DNA from: Spirochaetia bacterium
GTDB taxonomy: Bacteria; Spirochaetota; Spirochaetia; UBA9216
Length of the DNA stretch: 64,000 bases
Direction of reading: 5' to 3'
Assembly: GCA_963675665.1 (NCBI GenBank)
Contig: OY776510.1
Coordinates: 4,544,001 to 4,608,000, forward strand
The position numbers and the translations under genes were made by a program. Every line of letters begins with the position of its first letter. Within the stretch, counting starts at the first letter, position 1. Positions 50,258 through 60,091 of the stretch are shown here, one piece after another. A model generated the notes under the pieces. The model had not been told where the DNA came from and made no database searches. It was given only the letters and a program-made list of their open reading frames with translations.

Positions 50258-51055
50258 TCAGAGCTCGAAACTCAATGTCACGGCTGTCCTACTGTCTGCA
50301 TACTGATTTACGGCTACGTTTATTCCTGTTTTACCTTTTATTGTGTGCAGCAGCGGTACTCCGACACCGAAAGCAGAGCCTATCAATGCACCGGCAAGCA
50401 CATCAGTGATGTAATGACTTCCCGATAAAACACGTAACAGGCCTGTAACTGTCGCCGTTGTATAGGCCCCTATACCGAAAGGTATAATATACTTCGATTC
50501 CGGAAACATCCGGGAATATGCAAAAGCGGAAAAACTGCATACGGCGAATGTTAATGCCGTATGACCTGAAGGGAAACTGTTTGTATATTCATCATCCAGC
50601 GGGGCGGCATAATATGTGTATGGCCTGTAACGCAGCACCATGTCCTTAATTATTTCCTTGGTAGCATGGGTCAGAATCATGGATTCCATAAGCATTGCGC
50701 CTGTTTCAATTATGATCCCCCACTCCTGTCCTGCAACCAGTACTGCGGGAAAAAGAAGCGAACCTGCAAACAGGATATCGGAAGAAAGATCAGCCCCTGA
50801 GTTATAGGGAAAAACAGCGTATCTGTCCGGTGAAAAAACTTCGTCTTCAGGAAGCTGCGATCCTGTCGCCGGTTCAACAAACTGCTCATAAATTAAAAGA
50901 CCCGCCCCGGCGGCCAAAACAGGAACATCGACAGGTACTGACAGGCTGAATGCGCTTTCGTCTGCAGATGTAATAATATCCGCAAGGTTTTTTCCGAAAA
51001 CGTTGCCGCAGATAAAAAGAAAAAAGATGATAATAAGTACTCTGTTGCTCTTCAT
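50258..51055 (-). CDS. PAP2-family phosphatase
   Basis: K....R.RP, SFPSGH, R..SG.HY.TDV.AG motifs. Confidence 0.9.
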   Translation of the reverse strand: MKSNRVLIIIFFLFICGNVFGKNLADIITSADESAFSLSVPVDVPVLAAGAGLLIYEQFVEPATGSQLPEDEVFSPDRYAVFPYNSGADLSSDILFAGSLLFPAVLVAGQEWGIIIETGAMLMESMILTHATKEIIKDMVLRYRPYTYYAAPLDDEYTNSFPSGHTALTFAVCSFSAFAYSRMFPESKYIIPFGIGAYTTATVTGLLRVLSGSHYITDVLAGALIGSAFGVGVPLLHTIKGKTGINVAVNQYADSRTAVTLSFEL

Positions 51056-51094
51056 TACTAATGAATATACTCAGTGTCAAACCATTTTTCAATA

Positions 51095-51430
51095 TTAAGG
51101 TCGTTTCCTGCGCCAGAACCTGAATTTCCTGACATAGCCGCAATTTCCGGGCAGGTACCCTGCAAAAAGCGCGTGGAAAATCGTCATGGGAATACAGCTG
51201 CCGCACTGTCTGAACCGGTTTTCATACACAAGGCACCGGCCGTTTTCAATGTCAAGAAAGGAACAGGGCCGGCTGTAATCAATAAAGTAATGCCGGTTTA
51301 ACGACAAAACACCGGGGATTCTGCGCTTCTGTTTTGCTATCAACCGTCCTGAAACCTTCTCACAACAGCACTGACCGCATTCAAGGCAAATGCCTTCCCA
51401 TTTCTGTTTCAGTTTACCGAAAAAAAGCAT
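51095..51430 (-). CDS. YkgJ/CxxCxxCC cysteine-cluster protein
   Basis: CLECGQCC, PC.FLD...RC.VYE.RF, LP..CGY. Confidence 0.8.
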   Translation of the reverse strand: MLFFGKLKQKWEGICLECGQCCCEKVSGRLIAKQKRRIPGVLSLNRHYFIDYSRPCSFLDIENGRCLVYENRFRQCGSCIPMTIFHALFAGYLPGNCGYVRKFRFWRRKRP

Positions 51431-51433
51431 TCG

Positions 51434-53488
51434 CTATTTACCGGGCTTAAAATACCCGGACACTTCCCTGCCGCTTCGATTATAAAGAAAAGCCTCAATT
51501 TCAACGGGAATAAAGTCATCCGGCGAAATGTTATTGTTTATTGAATCAAAAACAAGAGTATAACTGCCGTCCGGTTTTGACGTTATTTCGTCAAACATTC
51601 TTCCAAGACCTTCAGGCTGATACAGATACAGATTATCTCCGCCGGTTTCTTCGCATATAAAACTCAGTTCCTCAGAAATACCGTTTTCGCTGGAAACATC
51701 TACACAATAAAAACTTATTCCGTTATTTCTGAGGTATCCGGCAAGTTCTACCGGGTGATACTGTTCGAATGAAAGATTTCCGGCTTTACCGTCCGTAATG
51801 AAAATCACTGTTCTCCGGCCGTGCAGATTAACAAGTTCGGATGCCGCATGCCTAAGGCCGAGATCAAACCGGGCTTCAGCAGAGAACATGCTTTCATCGG
51901 CCGCCGCGGCAATAAACTGCCTGCTGCCTTCTGCAAGATCCGCCTCTGTTACAGGATTCACCCCGGCGCTGACCAGCTTCAGCCCCGCTCTGCTTCCGGC
52001 TGAATTCATCAGTGACTGAACAGCTTTAAGCATATCAGGATGATACTGTTTCATACTCAAATCACAATCCAGAACCACTACAGCTTCAAGACGGTCCGAA
52101 GTATTCCCCTTGTAAACCAGCTCTGCAGTCTTCACAGGATAGCCGTTTTCAGTAACCACAAAATTGTTCGGCGACAGACCGACAAAAGGCTTTCCGGAAC
52201 GATCCGAAACCCTGATATTCGCTGCCACCTCCGGATAATTGGACGCTTCAATCCGATCGATTTGCATCGACAGACCGGAATACATATTTGACAATTCGGT
52301 TAGAACGGTAATTCGGTTCATGTCGAAATCCGCCGTCAGAAGATTTCCGTTTGCATCAATTGAGGCCTGGGTAATCTTTTTTCCCTTGCCGTCAAGATCG
52401 GAGACCAGACGCAGATCGGAATTATCAACATTAATGCTCATAACCCTTCCGGCATCGGCTATCAGCAGCGATCGCTGCCCAAGCCTAGACAAGCCTTCCG
52501 GAGCATACAGCCCGTCAGCTGTAAGTTCGGCAAGATAGTTTCCGCTGTAATCAAAAACCGAGATATTTGCATATTTTGCATCGGCAACATATACACAGCC
52601 GTCGAAACATTCGATACCGGTAGGGTTTCTGAATCCCCTGAAATTATACGACTTTTCTCCGAACGACAGAATATAATTCCCGTCTGAATCAAATTTTACA
52701 ACTCTTCTGTTTCCGGAATCCGTTACATAGATAAAATTCTTTTCATCAACTGCAATATACTGCGGTCCGAGCAGCTGTCCTTCTCCCCTGCCGGATTCTC
52801 CGAACACAGTCAAATTCCTTCCATCCGGAGTGCATCTGGTTATGCTGTCGCCGTTAAATTCTGTAATATACAGATAACCGTTGCCGGCAAGCTTTAAATC
52901 AAAGGGATGATTAAACCCTTCGAGCCCTCCGACAAGCCTGTTTGTCAGTGATCCGTTGGAATTAAACGCAAGAACCTGGTTAGACCCGTAAGAGGTTATA
53001 AAAAACCCTCCGTCGGCATCCGGAAAAACCGATGCAGGACGTCTGAAAAGAACAAATTCTTCCTGTATGCCTTTAAGCTCCATTGCGGGAAGGTAACGTC
53101 CGGCGCCCTGCCTTTCGGCAGCTACGCCTGCCTGCTGTTTCAGTATTTCCAGCCTGTTCACAAGAAGAGAATCAGCTTCCCCGATTGACTGGATTGATTC
53201 CCAGATATGTATTGCAGCATCGGTAAAGCCGGAGCGGTACCACGACAGTCCCAGCCATTCCTGCATTTCCGTGTTTTCCGGTTTATATGCCAGGGCTTTC
53301 TCAAACGCTCTGGCGGCCTCATTGTACAATCCCCTGTGGTAAGCCTTGACCCCCCACTTGAATTCTTCCCGCGCGCTGAGTAAATCCAGATCAATAATAT
53401 CCTGTGCATTGATATTAAAAACAGGCAGAAGCAGTATTGTCAGAAGTAAAACAACTTTAATTTTCTCGAACACTTTCCCGGTTTTCAC
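51434..53488 (-). CDS. TPR + NHL-repeat + vWA-like protein (BB0236/FlcD-like flagellar collar protein candidate)
   Basis: Signal peptide, N-terminal TPR, NHL repeats (PQYIAVD..FIYVTDSGN.RV.KF), C-terminal vWA-like FITDG; neighbourhood like that of Borrelia BB0236. Confidence 0.7.
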   Translation of the reverse strand: MKTGKVFEKIKVVLLLTILLLPVFNINAQDIIDLDLLSAREEFKWGVKAYHRGLYNEAARAFEKALAYKPENTEMQEWLGLSWYRSGFTDAAIHIWESIQSIGEADSLLVNRLEILKQQAGVAAERQGAGRYLPAMELKGIQEEFVLFRRPASVFPDADGGFFITSYGSNQVLAFNSNGSLTNRLVGGLEGFNHPFDLKLAGNGYLYITEFNGDSITRCTPDGRNLTVFGESGRGEGQLLGPQYIAVDEKNFIYVTDSGNRRVVKFDSDGNYILSFGEKSYNFRGFRNPTGIECFDGCVYVADAKYANISVFDYSGNYLAELTADGLYAPEGLSRLGQRSLLIADAGRVMSINVDNSDLRLVSDLDGKGKKITQASIDANGNLLTADFDMNRITVLTELSNMYSGLSMQIDRIEASNYPEVAANIRVSDRSGKPFVGLSPNNFVVTENGYPVKTAELVYKGNTSDRLEAVVVLDCDLSMKQYHPDMLKAVQSLMNSAGSRAGLKLVSAGVNPVTEADLAEGSRQFIAAAADESMFSAEARFDLGLRHAASELVNLHGRRTVIFITDGKAGNLSFEQYHPVELAGYLRNNGISFYCVDVSSENGISEELSFICEETGGDNLYLYQPEGLGRMFDEITSKPDGSYTLVFDSINNNISPDDFIPVEIEAFLYNRSGREVSGYFKPGK

Positions 53489-53507
53489 GTAGCAAAGTAT
53501 ACAACGG

Positions 53508-53666
53508 TTAGATAATTATATCTACCTTTCTCTTTGGGTCGGATGCCGGGATGTCACTTTTAATACCGAGAAATAAAATTGCCTTTATTTCTTCAGCGTT
53601 TGCAACCTTTCCTCTTTTGCCGTAAGGAGATGATGTATTTATGTAATTCATACTTTCCACTCTCAT
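53508..53666 (-). CDS. Small hypothetical protein (52 aa)
   Basis: ATG 53666 with GGGTG upstream; fills the gap in a co-directional operon. Confidence 0.5.
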   Translation of the reverse strand: MRVESMNYINTSSPYGKRGKVANAEEIKAILFLGIKSDIPASDPKRKVDIII

Positions 53667-53762
53667 AATAAACACCCGTATTATTAATTTCGACAGATGT
53701 TTATAAAGATATAAGATTTTTTTATACTCCGGATGCGACAAAATTATATTGATAATATCTTT

Positions 53763-54458
53763 TTATCCGAGATTTGCCTTATTAATATTGTCGATCTCGT
53801 CAATCACCGTTCTTAAATGCGCCGCAATTACTTTATTGTTGTTTGAAAGCTCAAAAGCCCGTTTCAGATAATGTCTTGCTTCATCATTCTGGCCTGTTTT
53901 GAAGAAAGCCCAGCCCAAAGAGTCCAGATAGGCAGGGTTTTCAGGTTTTTTCTTTACGGCTTTTCTGCAGTATTCTACAGCTTTTGAAGGATCTATGGCT
54001 TTGTCCGCCAGAATATATCCCATTGAATTCAGTACATTTGCATTTTCCGAATCTATCTCCAGCGCCTTGTAAAGGAACTCAATACTTTTGTCAGTCCTGC
54101 CTGATTCAAAATAGATATAACTGTAATTTGCATATACCTGGGGAGATTCAAAACCCTCTTCAATAAGCTTGTTCAGTTCAAATTCGGCCAGCTTTATCCG
54201 GCCTGTAATCGTATATATATAGCTGAGAATCATCCTGCTCTGGTATATCCTGAGTATATTGTCATGACTGTTTACCACCTGTTCAAGATACAGAAGCGCG
54301 TCGTCCCAGTCTTCGATTTTTGAATAGCATAATCCCAGATAATATGACAGATCCGGGTTTTCAAGAGGCTCATCGCTTACTTTCAGGAACTCCGCAAGCG
54401 CCTGCCGGTATTTTCCGTGTCTGAATAATTGTCGTCCTTCAAGAAATCTATCAGCCAT
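53763..54458 (-). CDS. Tetratricopeptide-repeat protein
   Basis: YYLGLCY, LNSMGY, YLDSLGW TPR motifs; start at ATG 54458, overlapping the surE stop. Confidence 0.85.
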   Translation of the reverse strand: MADRFLEGRQLFRHGKYRQALAEFLKVSDEPLENPDLSYYLGLCYSKIEDWDDALLYLEQVVNSHDNILRIYQSRMILSYIYTITGRIKLAEFELNKLIEEGFESPQVYANYSYIYFESGRTDKSIEFLYKALEIDSENANVLNSMGYILADKAIDPSKAVEYCRKAVKKKPENPAYLDSLGWAFFKTGQNDEARHYLKRAFELSNNNKVIAAHLRTVIDEIDNINKANLG

Positions 54459-55197
54459 CGGACAGTATAAACTCCGCTCTTCGGTATGCTTCAGCCTCAT
54501 CCCTGTTTCTCGGATGAAGAAATATCGGTGATACGGACACAGCTCCTTCAGAAACAGCTTCGGAATCCGTTCCTTCCCCGGAAAAACTGGAACTGCTTCC
54601 GTCAAGAAAGAAATAGCTGCCCCCGCGCGGCCCGTCGAACTTGACTACCTTATCTTCATAAATACGCCGTGACGGGGCAGTAATGCGCACCTCAGAAGGA
54701 AATTCAGGCTGGTTGGGAGTATTTACATTAATAAAATGATCAGAACGCCACAAAGAAAGCATCAGCTCCAAATTTTCCCTGATGAAATCCGCCGTATCCT
54801 TAAAATAAAACGGGGCGACAAAAGTATTTATCGACACGGCGATGCCCGGAAGCCCCATCAGGGCGGCCTGTCTTGCCGCGGCGGCCGTACCAGAATAGAT
54901 TAGATCAGTACCAAGATTGGCGCCGATATTAATTCCTGAAATAACAACGTCGGGTTTATAGGGAAGAGCCCCCAGAACCGAATACATAACACAGTCTGCG
55001 GGACTTCCTTCAACGGAAAAAACCTGGTCTTCCAGCTGGTTGAACCGTACAGGCTCCATAAAAGTTACAGAGTGCGATTTGCCGCTCTGCTGGGTATTGG
55101 GCGCTACTACCCAGATGTCGTGCTCCGAGAAGGATCTTCTCAAAGCATCGAGACCCGGACTTTTTATTCCATCGTCATTTGTCAGCAATATACGCAT
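54451..55197 (-). CDS. surE: 5'/3'-nucleotidase SurE
   Basis: MRILLTNDDG, VVAP...QSG, G.PADCV, SGIN.G.N.G....YSGT. Confidence 0.96.
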   Translation of the reverse strand: MRILLTNDDGIKSPGLDALRRSFSEHDIWVVAPNTQQSGKSHSVTFMEPVRFNQLEDQVFSVEGSPADCVMYSVLGALPYKPDVVISGINIGANLGTDLIYSGTAAAARQAALMGLPGIAVSINTFVAPFYFKDTADFIRENLELMLSLWRSDHFINVNTPNQPEFPSEVRITAPSRRIYEDKVVKFDGPRGGSYFFLDGSSSSFSGEGTDSEAVSEGAVSVSPIFLHPRNRDEAEAYRRAEFILSDG

Positions 55198-55213
55198 ATT
55201 ATCCTGTTTTTCC

Positions 55214-56374
55214 TCAATCGGCCGGAAAAACTATTTTAACCCCTTCGGAAGGTTCGCAGATATAAATTTCCGGCTCGAACCCGAATATATGCTCATATTC
55301 TTGTAGTCTTTCGTCATAATTGTCAAGGACCCTGGATTCGATCAGCGATACAGTACACCCTCCGAAGCCTCCTCCCGTCATTCTGGAGCCCAGCACACCG
55401 TCCATTTCCTGGAATCGTTTTACAAGCCAGTCCAGTTCAGGGCAGGAAACCTCATAATTATCACGCAAACTTTCATGAGATCTGTTCATCATTCGGCCGA
55501 ACAGCTCAAAATTCCTTGACTTGATTGCATCACATGCATCTATTGATCTCTTTGTCTCGCCTATTACATGGGTGCATATTCTCCGAATCTGTTCAGGAAG
55601 CAACCCCATACCGCCGGTGATGTCTTCAAGTGTATAATCGCGCAGACTTCTTCCGGGTCTTTTGCGGTTCAGGAAATCAACGCATTCTGAACATTGTTCC
55701 TTTCTCTCCTGAAGTTCAGCCTCGCGAACAGCTTCGGTTCCGGGTACGTTTGAATTTATTATAACAATTTTATACTGGTTAAGTTCAAGCGGAAGATATT
55801 CAAAATCAAGACTTCTCAGATCAAGAAAAACCGCCTTGTTTCTTTTTCCGATTGTGGAAATAAACGGGTCGGTTATCTCTGTGTTTCGCCCGACAAACGC
55901 CGCTTCAGCATATGATGCTGCCTGTATCAGCTGGCTTTCGGACATTTCAAACCTGAAAAGGCGGTTAACGGCGGCGGCAAAAGCAACTTCAAGAGCTGCT
56001 GAGGCGCCAAGCCCTATTCCGGGCGGAATTTCCCCCGCTATCGTTACATCCAGGCCCTTGATGGAAAACCCCATATTTACAAGTTCGAAAAGAACGCCTT
56101 TTAAATAATTGGCCCAGCGGTCTTCACGTTTATATTTCAGATTCGGTACTGTCGTGCGTTTTTTTTCTTCGGAATCGGACAGATAAAAACGCAGCGAATT
56201 GTCTTTTCTGGCTGATACTGCAACCGAAACGCTCTTGTTAATAGTCGTCTGGATAACACAGCCTTCGTTATAATCAGTATGCTCTCCCATCAAGTTTAAT
56301 ATTCCGGGTGCTGACGCTATAACTTGCGGTTTTGAGCTGAATTCCTTTTTGTGGCGGGCAATTAAACCGTCCAT
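55214..56374 (-). CDS. galK: Galactokinase
   Basis: APG..NLMGEHTDYN.G, IP.G.GLG.SAA, SH.SLR..YEVS..ELD, GSRMTGGGFGGC. Confidence 0.9.
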   Translation of the reverse strand: MDGLIARHKKEFSSKPQVIASAPGILNLMGEHTDYNEGCVIQTTINKSVSVAVSARKDNSLRFYLSDSEEKKRTTVPNLKYKREDRWANYLKGVLFELVNMGFSIKGLDVTIAGEIPPGIGLGASAALEVAFAAAVNRLFRFEMSESQLIQAASYAEAAFVGRNTEITDPFISTIGKRNKAVFLDLRSLDFEYLPLELNQYKIVIINSNVPGTEAVREAELQERKEQCSECVDFLNRKRPGRSLRDYTLEDITGGMGLLPEQIRRICTHVIGETKRSIDACDAIKSRNFELFGRMMNRSHESLRDNYEVSCPELDWLVKRFQEMDGVLGSRMTGGGFGGCTVSLIESRVLDNYDERLQEYEHIFGFEPEIYICEPSEGVKIVFPAD

Positions 56375-56413
56375 TCTGATTCATATTAAAAGATATAACA
56401 AATATTTGCAAAC

Positions 56414-56449
56414 AAAAAAAAAGAGATCCATGAAAACAGGGATCCCTTT
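56414..56449 (-). terminator. Intrinsic terminator after rpmE
   Basis: Minus strand AAGGGATCC..GGATCTCTT, then a T-run. Confidence 0.55.
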
Positions 56450-56495
56450 CTAACAGTTGGAAATGACGGCTCTGCGGCCTCCTGAAAATTCAGGA

Positions 56496-56705
56496 TTATT
56501 CTTCGGACTTGATACCGTACTTCCTGTTAAACCTTTCGACACGGCCTGCAGTATCAACAAGTTTCTGCTTTCCTGTGAAAAAAGGATGGCATTTTGAACA
56601 GATTTCAATTTCCATATCTTTAACAGTAGCTCTGGTTTCAATAACATTTCCGCATGCGCATTTAATCTTGGTCATTTCATAATTTGGGTGTATTCCGCTT
56701 TTCAT
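56496..56705 (-). CDS. rpmE: 50S ribosomal protein L31 (Zn-binding form)
   Basis: [37 protein letters not shown]; GGAGG RBS before ATG 56705. Confidence 0.97.
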   Translation of the reverse strand: MKSGIHPNYEMTKIKCACGNVIETRATVKDMEIEICSKCHPFFTGKQKLVDTAGRVERFNRKYGIKSEE

Positions 56706-56716
56706 GTCTACCTCCA

Positions 56717-58492
56717 TTAATCGGCACTTACTCCACCGGTGTTCATCGACCGTAGGAAAGCCTCATTATTCTTTGTTTTTCTCATTTTGTCAATCATCAG
56801 TTCGGTGATCTCCATATCATCCATCGGACCGATAACCTTTCTCAGGACCCACATCTTGCCGAGCTCAGCTTCTGATAACAGCAGATCTTCTTTTCTTGTT
56901 CCCGATTTTTTGATATTTATGGCCGGGTATAGTCTTCTGTCGGCCATTTTTCTGTCCAGATTAATTTCCATATTACCGGTACCCTTGAATTCCTCAAAGA
57001 TAACCTCATCCATCCTGGAGCCCGTGTCAATCAGCGCCGTGGCGACTATCGTCAGGCTACCGCCCTGTTCCACATTTCTTGCAGCCCCGAAAAATCTTTT
57101 TGGTTTATGCAGCGCGTTCGAATCAACACCGCCTGATAAAATCTTTCCTGATGTCGGCACAGTCTGGTTATATGCTCTTGCAAGCCGGGTAATTGAATCA
57201 AGCAGAATTACAACATCCTTTTTATGTTCAACAAGACGTTTTGCTTTTTCCAGCACCATTTCGGCTACCTGAACATGCCTTGTGGCCTGCTCGTCAAAGG
57301 TGGAAGCTATTACTTCACCCTTGACGTTCCGTCTCATGTCCGTAACTTCTTCCGGGCGTTCGTCAATCAACAGAACCATCAGAAATACTTCGGGATGATT
57401 GGTTGTTATAGCATTTGCTATCTGCTGCAGGAGTATTGTTTTACCTGTTCTCGGCGGAGATACAATCAGCCCTCGCTGTCCTTTTCCGATCGGACAGAAA
57501 AGGTTGATCATACGGGTAGACACATCTTCCGTTTTAATCTCCATATTGAGCTTTTCATCCGGGTAAAGGGGCGTCAGGTTGTCGAAGGGGATCCGGGTTT
57601 GAGCTTCCTGGGGATCGTTAAAGTTAACTTTCTCAACCCTGAGCATTGCAAAAAACCGTTCGCCTTCTTTCGGAGGCCTGATTTGCCCGCCGACGGTATC
57701 TCCTGTCCGCAGGTTAAACAATCTTATCTGCGAAGGAGAAATATAGATATCATCAGATCCCGGAAGGTATGAATTCTGCGGAGACCTGAGAAAACCGTAT
57801 CCGTCAGGCAGAATTTCCAGCGAACCGTAGGCATAAATCAGTCCGCCCTTTGTTGTATGCGCCTTGAGAATGGAGAAAATCACCTCCTGCTTCTTCATCG
57901 ACATCAACTCTTCACTGGAAATGTTATATGAACCGGCAAAATCTCGGAGATTCTTCATATTCATTAAAGTCAGATCGTTAATACTTAGCTTTTCACCGTC
58001 AGAAGGAATAATTTCTTCATTTTTCTTGAATCTGTTGTAGCTTTTTTTATTATAACTCCGGGCTGCAGGCTTTCGATCGCCGGATTCAACGGAAGATGAA
58101 GTGTTATCTTCAACAGCTTCGGAAGAGTCTTCGGCTTTCACAATCTCAACTCTCACCTTTTTCTTTCTGGGTCTCCGTTTTGGAGAAACAGGCTCTCCGG
58201 TATCCGAAGTTTTTTCATCATTTTTTCCCGTTTCAGCTGACTGCCCGGAGTCGAAATCCGTTATTTTTTCCTCAACGGGGGCTTCTTTTTCCATAGGTTC
58301 AGTGTTCGGGATTTCTGCTTCAGGCAGATCCTCAACCTTTTCAGGTTTTTTGCTTTCATCATTTTCCGAAGCAGTTTCATCAAGATTTAATTCCTGTTGA
58401 GCAACAGCCGATACAGCTGCGTCTTCTGAAACAATTGCTGTTTCCGAATCGGAAGATTCAATCACAGCCTGCTTCTTTCGAATAATTGCCAT
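56717..58492 (-). CDS. rho: Transcription termination factor Rho with long acidic N-terminal extension
   Basis: [51 protein letters not shown]. Confidence 0.97.
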   Translation of the reverse strand: MAIIRKKQAVIESSDSETAIVSEDAAVSAVAQQELNLDETASENDESKKPEKVEDLPEAEIPNTEPMEKEAPVEEKITDFDSGQSAETGKNDEKTSDTGEPVSPKRRPRKKKVRVEIVKAEDSSEAVEDNTSSSVESGDRKPAARSYNKKSYNRFKKNEEIIPSDGEKLSINDLTLMNMKNLRDFAGSYNISSEELMSMKKQEVIFSILKAHTTKGGLIYAYGSLEILPDGYGFLRSPQNSYLPGSDDIYISPSQIRLFNLRTGDTVGGQIRPPKEGERFFAMLRVEKVNFNDPQEAQTRIPFDNLTPLYPDEKLNMEIKTEDVSTRMINLFCPIGKGQRGLIVSPPRTGKTILLQQIANAITTNHPEVFLMVLLIDERPEEVTDMRRNVKGEVIASTFDEQATRHVQVAEMVLEKAKRLVEHKKDVVILLDSITRLARAYNQTVPTSGKILSGGVDSNALHKPKRFFGAARNVEQGGSLTIVATALIDTGSRMDEVIFEEFKGTGNMEINLDRKMADRRLYPAINIKKSGTRKEDLLLSEAELGKMWVLRKVIGPMDDMEITELMIDKMRKTKNNEAFLRSMNTGGVSAD

Positions 58493-58590
58493 AATATCTC
58501 CAGTAGATTATTTATACCAGTTGGTTCGTATTTCAGTATTATTAAAAAACATGCGGGCAATCGAAAAACATAATTTTATTCGATACCCTT

Positions 58591-58619
58591 AATATAGTCA
58601 CTCGATTATTAATTGTCAA
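58591..58619 (-). promoter_or_regulatory. sigma70 promoter of rho-rpmE
   Basis: Minus strand TTGACA-N17-TATATT. Confidence 0.7.
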
Positions 58620-58660
58620 GGGACGATAATCCGAAAACCTGTCTGATTTTTTTTGGGTAA

Positions 58661-59074
58661 TCAAACAGAACGGGCTATTTCCTTAAGTTTATCAACGCCG
58701 GCCGAAAAAATATCGATAGTTTCCGGGTCACGAATCATTCTGCAGCGACCTGTAAATTTTACACCGTCGGCAATTCTTATTCTGGTTGATTTTAAATCTC
58801 CCGCAACCTTGCCTCCGGTAAGAATTTCTATACGCTCAGCAGCACTGATATTCCCGTTGACAACCCCGCTGACTATTACAATCTTTGCATTAATATTTGC
58901 ATTTATTTCGGCTTCAGAATCTATATACAGTACGGCATCCGATTCTATCTCGCCTATAAAACTGCCGCGTATTTTCAGCGGCTTGCTGAATTTCAGATTG
59001 CCGTCCAGCTTTGTTCCCGGCTGAAGCACAGTTTCAATTTTATCAAATTTGGTAAATTCCGTCTTTTTTCCCAT
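58661..59074 (-). CDS. Bactofilin (polymer-forming cytoskeletal protein)
   Basis: TVL..G..LDG.L.F...L.I.G.F.G.I...I.A..V.VSG.V.GNI.A..RIEI...G.V.GD. Confidence 0.9.
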   Translation of the reverse strand: MGKKTEFTKFDKIETVLQPGTKLDGNLKFSKPLKIRGSFIGEIESDAVLYIDSEAEINANINAKIVIVSGVVNGNISAAERIEILTGGKVAGDLKSTRIRIADGVKFTGRCRMIRDPETIDIFSAGVDKLKEIARSV

Positions 59075-59097
59075 ATTATTCCGATACGAAGTTTAAT

Positions 59098-59319
59098 TCA
59101 CTTGGTTGTCATTACGAAAACGCCGTCCCAGTCTTCCGGCGGGGGAGAATCGATATAATGCTTGCATCTTGCAAGATAAACCTTTGACGGTCCGTCCTCC
59201 GGATCTACTTTCAGAGCCTTGACAAAAGATTCCCTGGCAGCATCAAATTCCATAAGCTTGTAGCTTTTTCTGCCTTCTGCAAAAAACTGTAAAACTTTTT
59301 TCTTCTCTTCAGTAATCAC
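59098..59319 (-). CDS. Small TPR-like protein resembling an adenylate-cyclase C-terminal tail
   Basis: F.EG...Y....F..A...F.KAL..DP.DGPS.VY..RC......PP..WDGV..MT.K. Confidence 0.75.
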   Translation of the reverse strand: MITEEKKKVLQFFAEGRKSYKLMEFDAARESFVKALKVDPEDGPSKVYLARCKHYIDSPPPEDWDGVFVMTTK

Positions 59320-60053
59320 ACTGACGCCTCTTCGTTTAAGTTCTCTTCCCTTAATGCTTTATATCGTTTTTTAAACTTATCTTCAAGATCTTCAAGCGCA
59401 CTTCCGTGAAAACCTTCATCTTCACTGTTTTCAAGCTCGGCTATCTCGGCTTCAAGACCGTCGATGGCCGCCAGCGCTTCCTCACTTTCTTTCTGAATCA
59501 TTTTAATAATTTTTTTAACTGCCGCTTTGTCATCAGGATCTATGGACGAACTGATTTTATAAAGCTCAGCCATGGGCTCCTTTATATGCGCGGTAAAAAA
59601 CTTTAAAGATTCATTTAAAGACTCAACCGTCGACAACCGCTTTTCACGCGCCACAACCTGCCTGGAAAGAACCCTGTTCTTCAAAACCGCCCTTATCCTT
59701 GCATAAACCTCGGAAAAATTAAAAGGTTCGGTTATATAATCCTCAATTCCAAGCTCAAACCCTTCTACCTTGTCGCGCACTTTATCCATTGCAGAAAGCA
59801 TGATAATCGGAATATCCCTGTATTCAGCATATTCCTCACTCTCTTTCAGAAGGCTCGTAACCTTCCAGCCGGACAGGTTCGGCATTATATTGTCCAGAAT
59901 AATCAAATCGGGTTTAATCTCTTTAACTTTTTCCAGAGTTTCGTAACCGTCTACGGCTTTATATACATCAAAACCGAGTTTACCAAGCGTTACCTCAAAA
60001 AACTCAAGATTTACGGGTTCATCGTCAGCAATAAGAATTCTGGTTTTTTCCAT
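59316..60053 (-). CDS. Response regulator (REC + coiled-coil)
   Basis: ILIADDE, PDLIILD..MP, IPIIMLSA; DYITEPF where DYITKPF is expected. Confidence 0.88.
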   Translation of the reverse strand: MEKTRILIADDEPVNLEFFEVTLGKLGFDVYKAVDGYETLEKVKEIKPDLIILDNIMPNLSGWKVTSLLKESEEYAEYRDIPIIMLSAMDKVRDKVEGFELGIEDYITEPFNFSEVYARIRAVLKNRVLSRQVVAREKRLSTVESLNESLKFFTAHIKEPMAELYKISSSIDPDDKAAVKKIIKMIQKESEEALAAIDGLEAEIAELENSEDEGFHGSALEDLEDKFKKRYKALREENLNEEASV

Positions 60054-60091
60054 ACATATTAATAATGATACACTTATCAGTTCTTGTCAAA

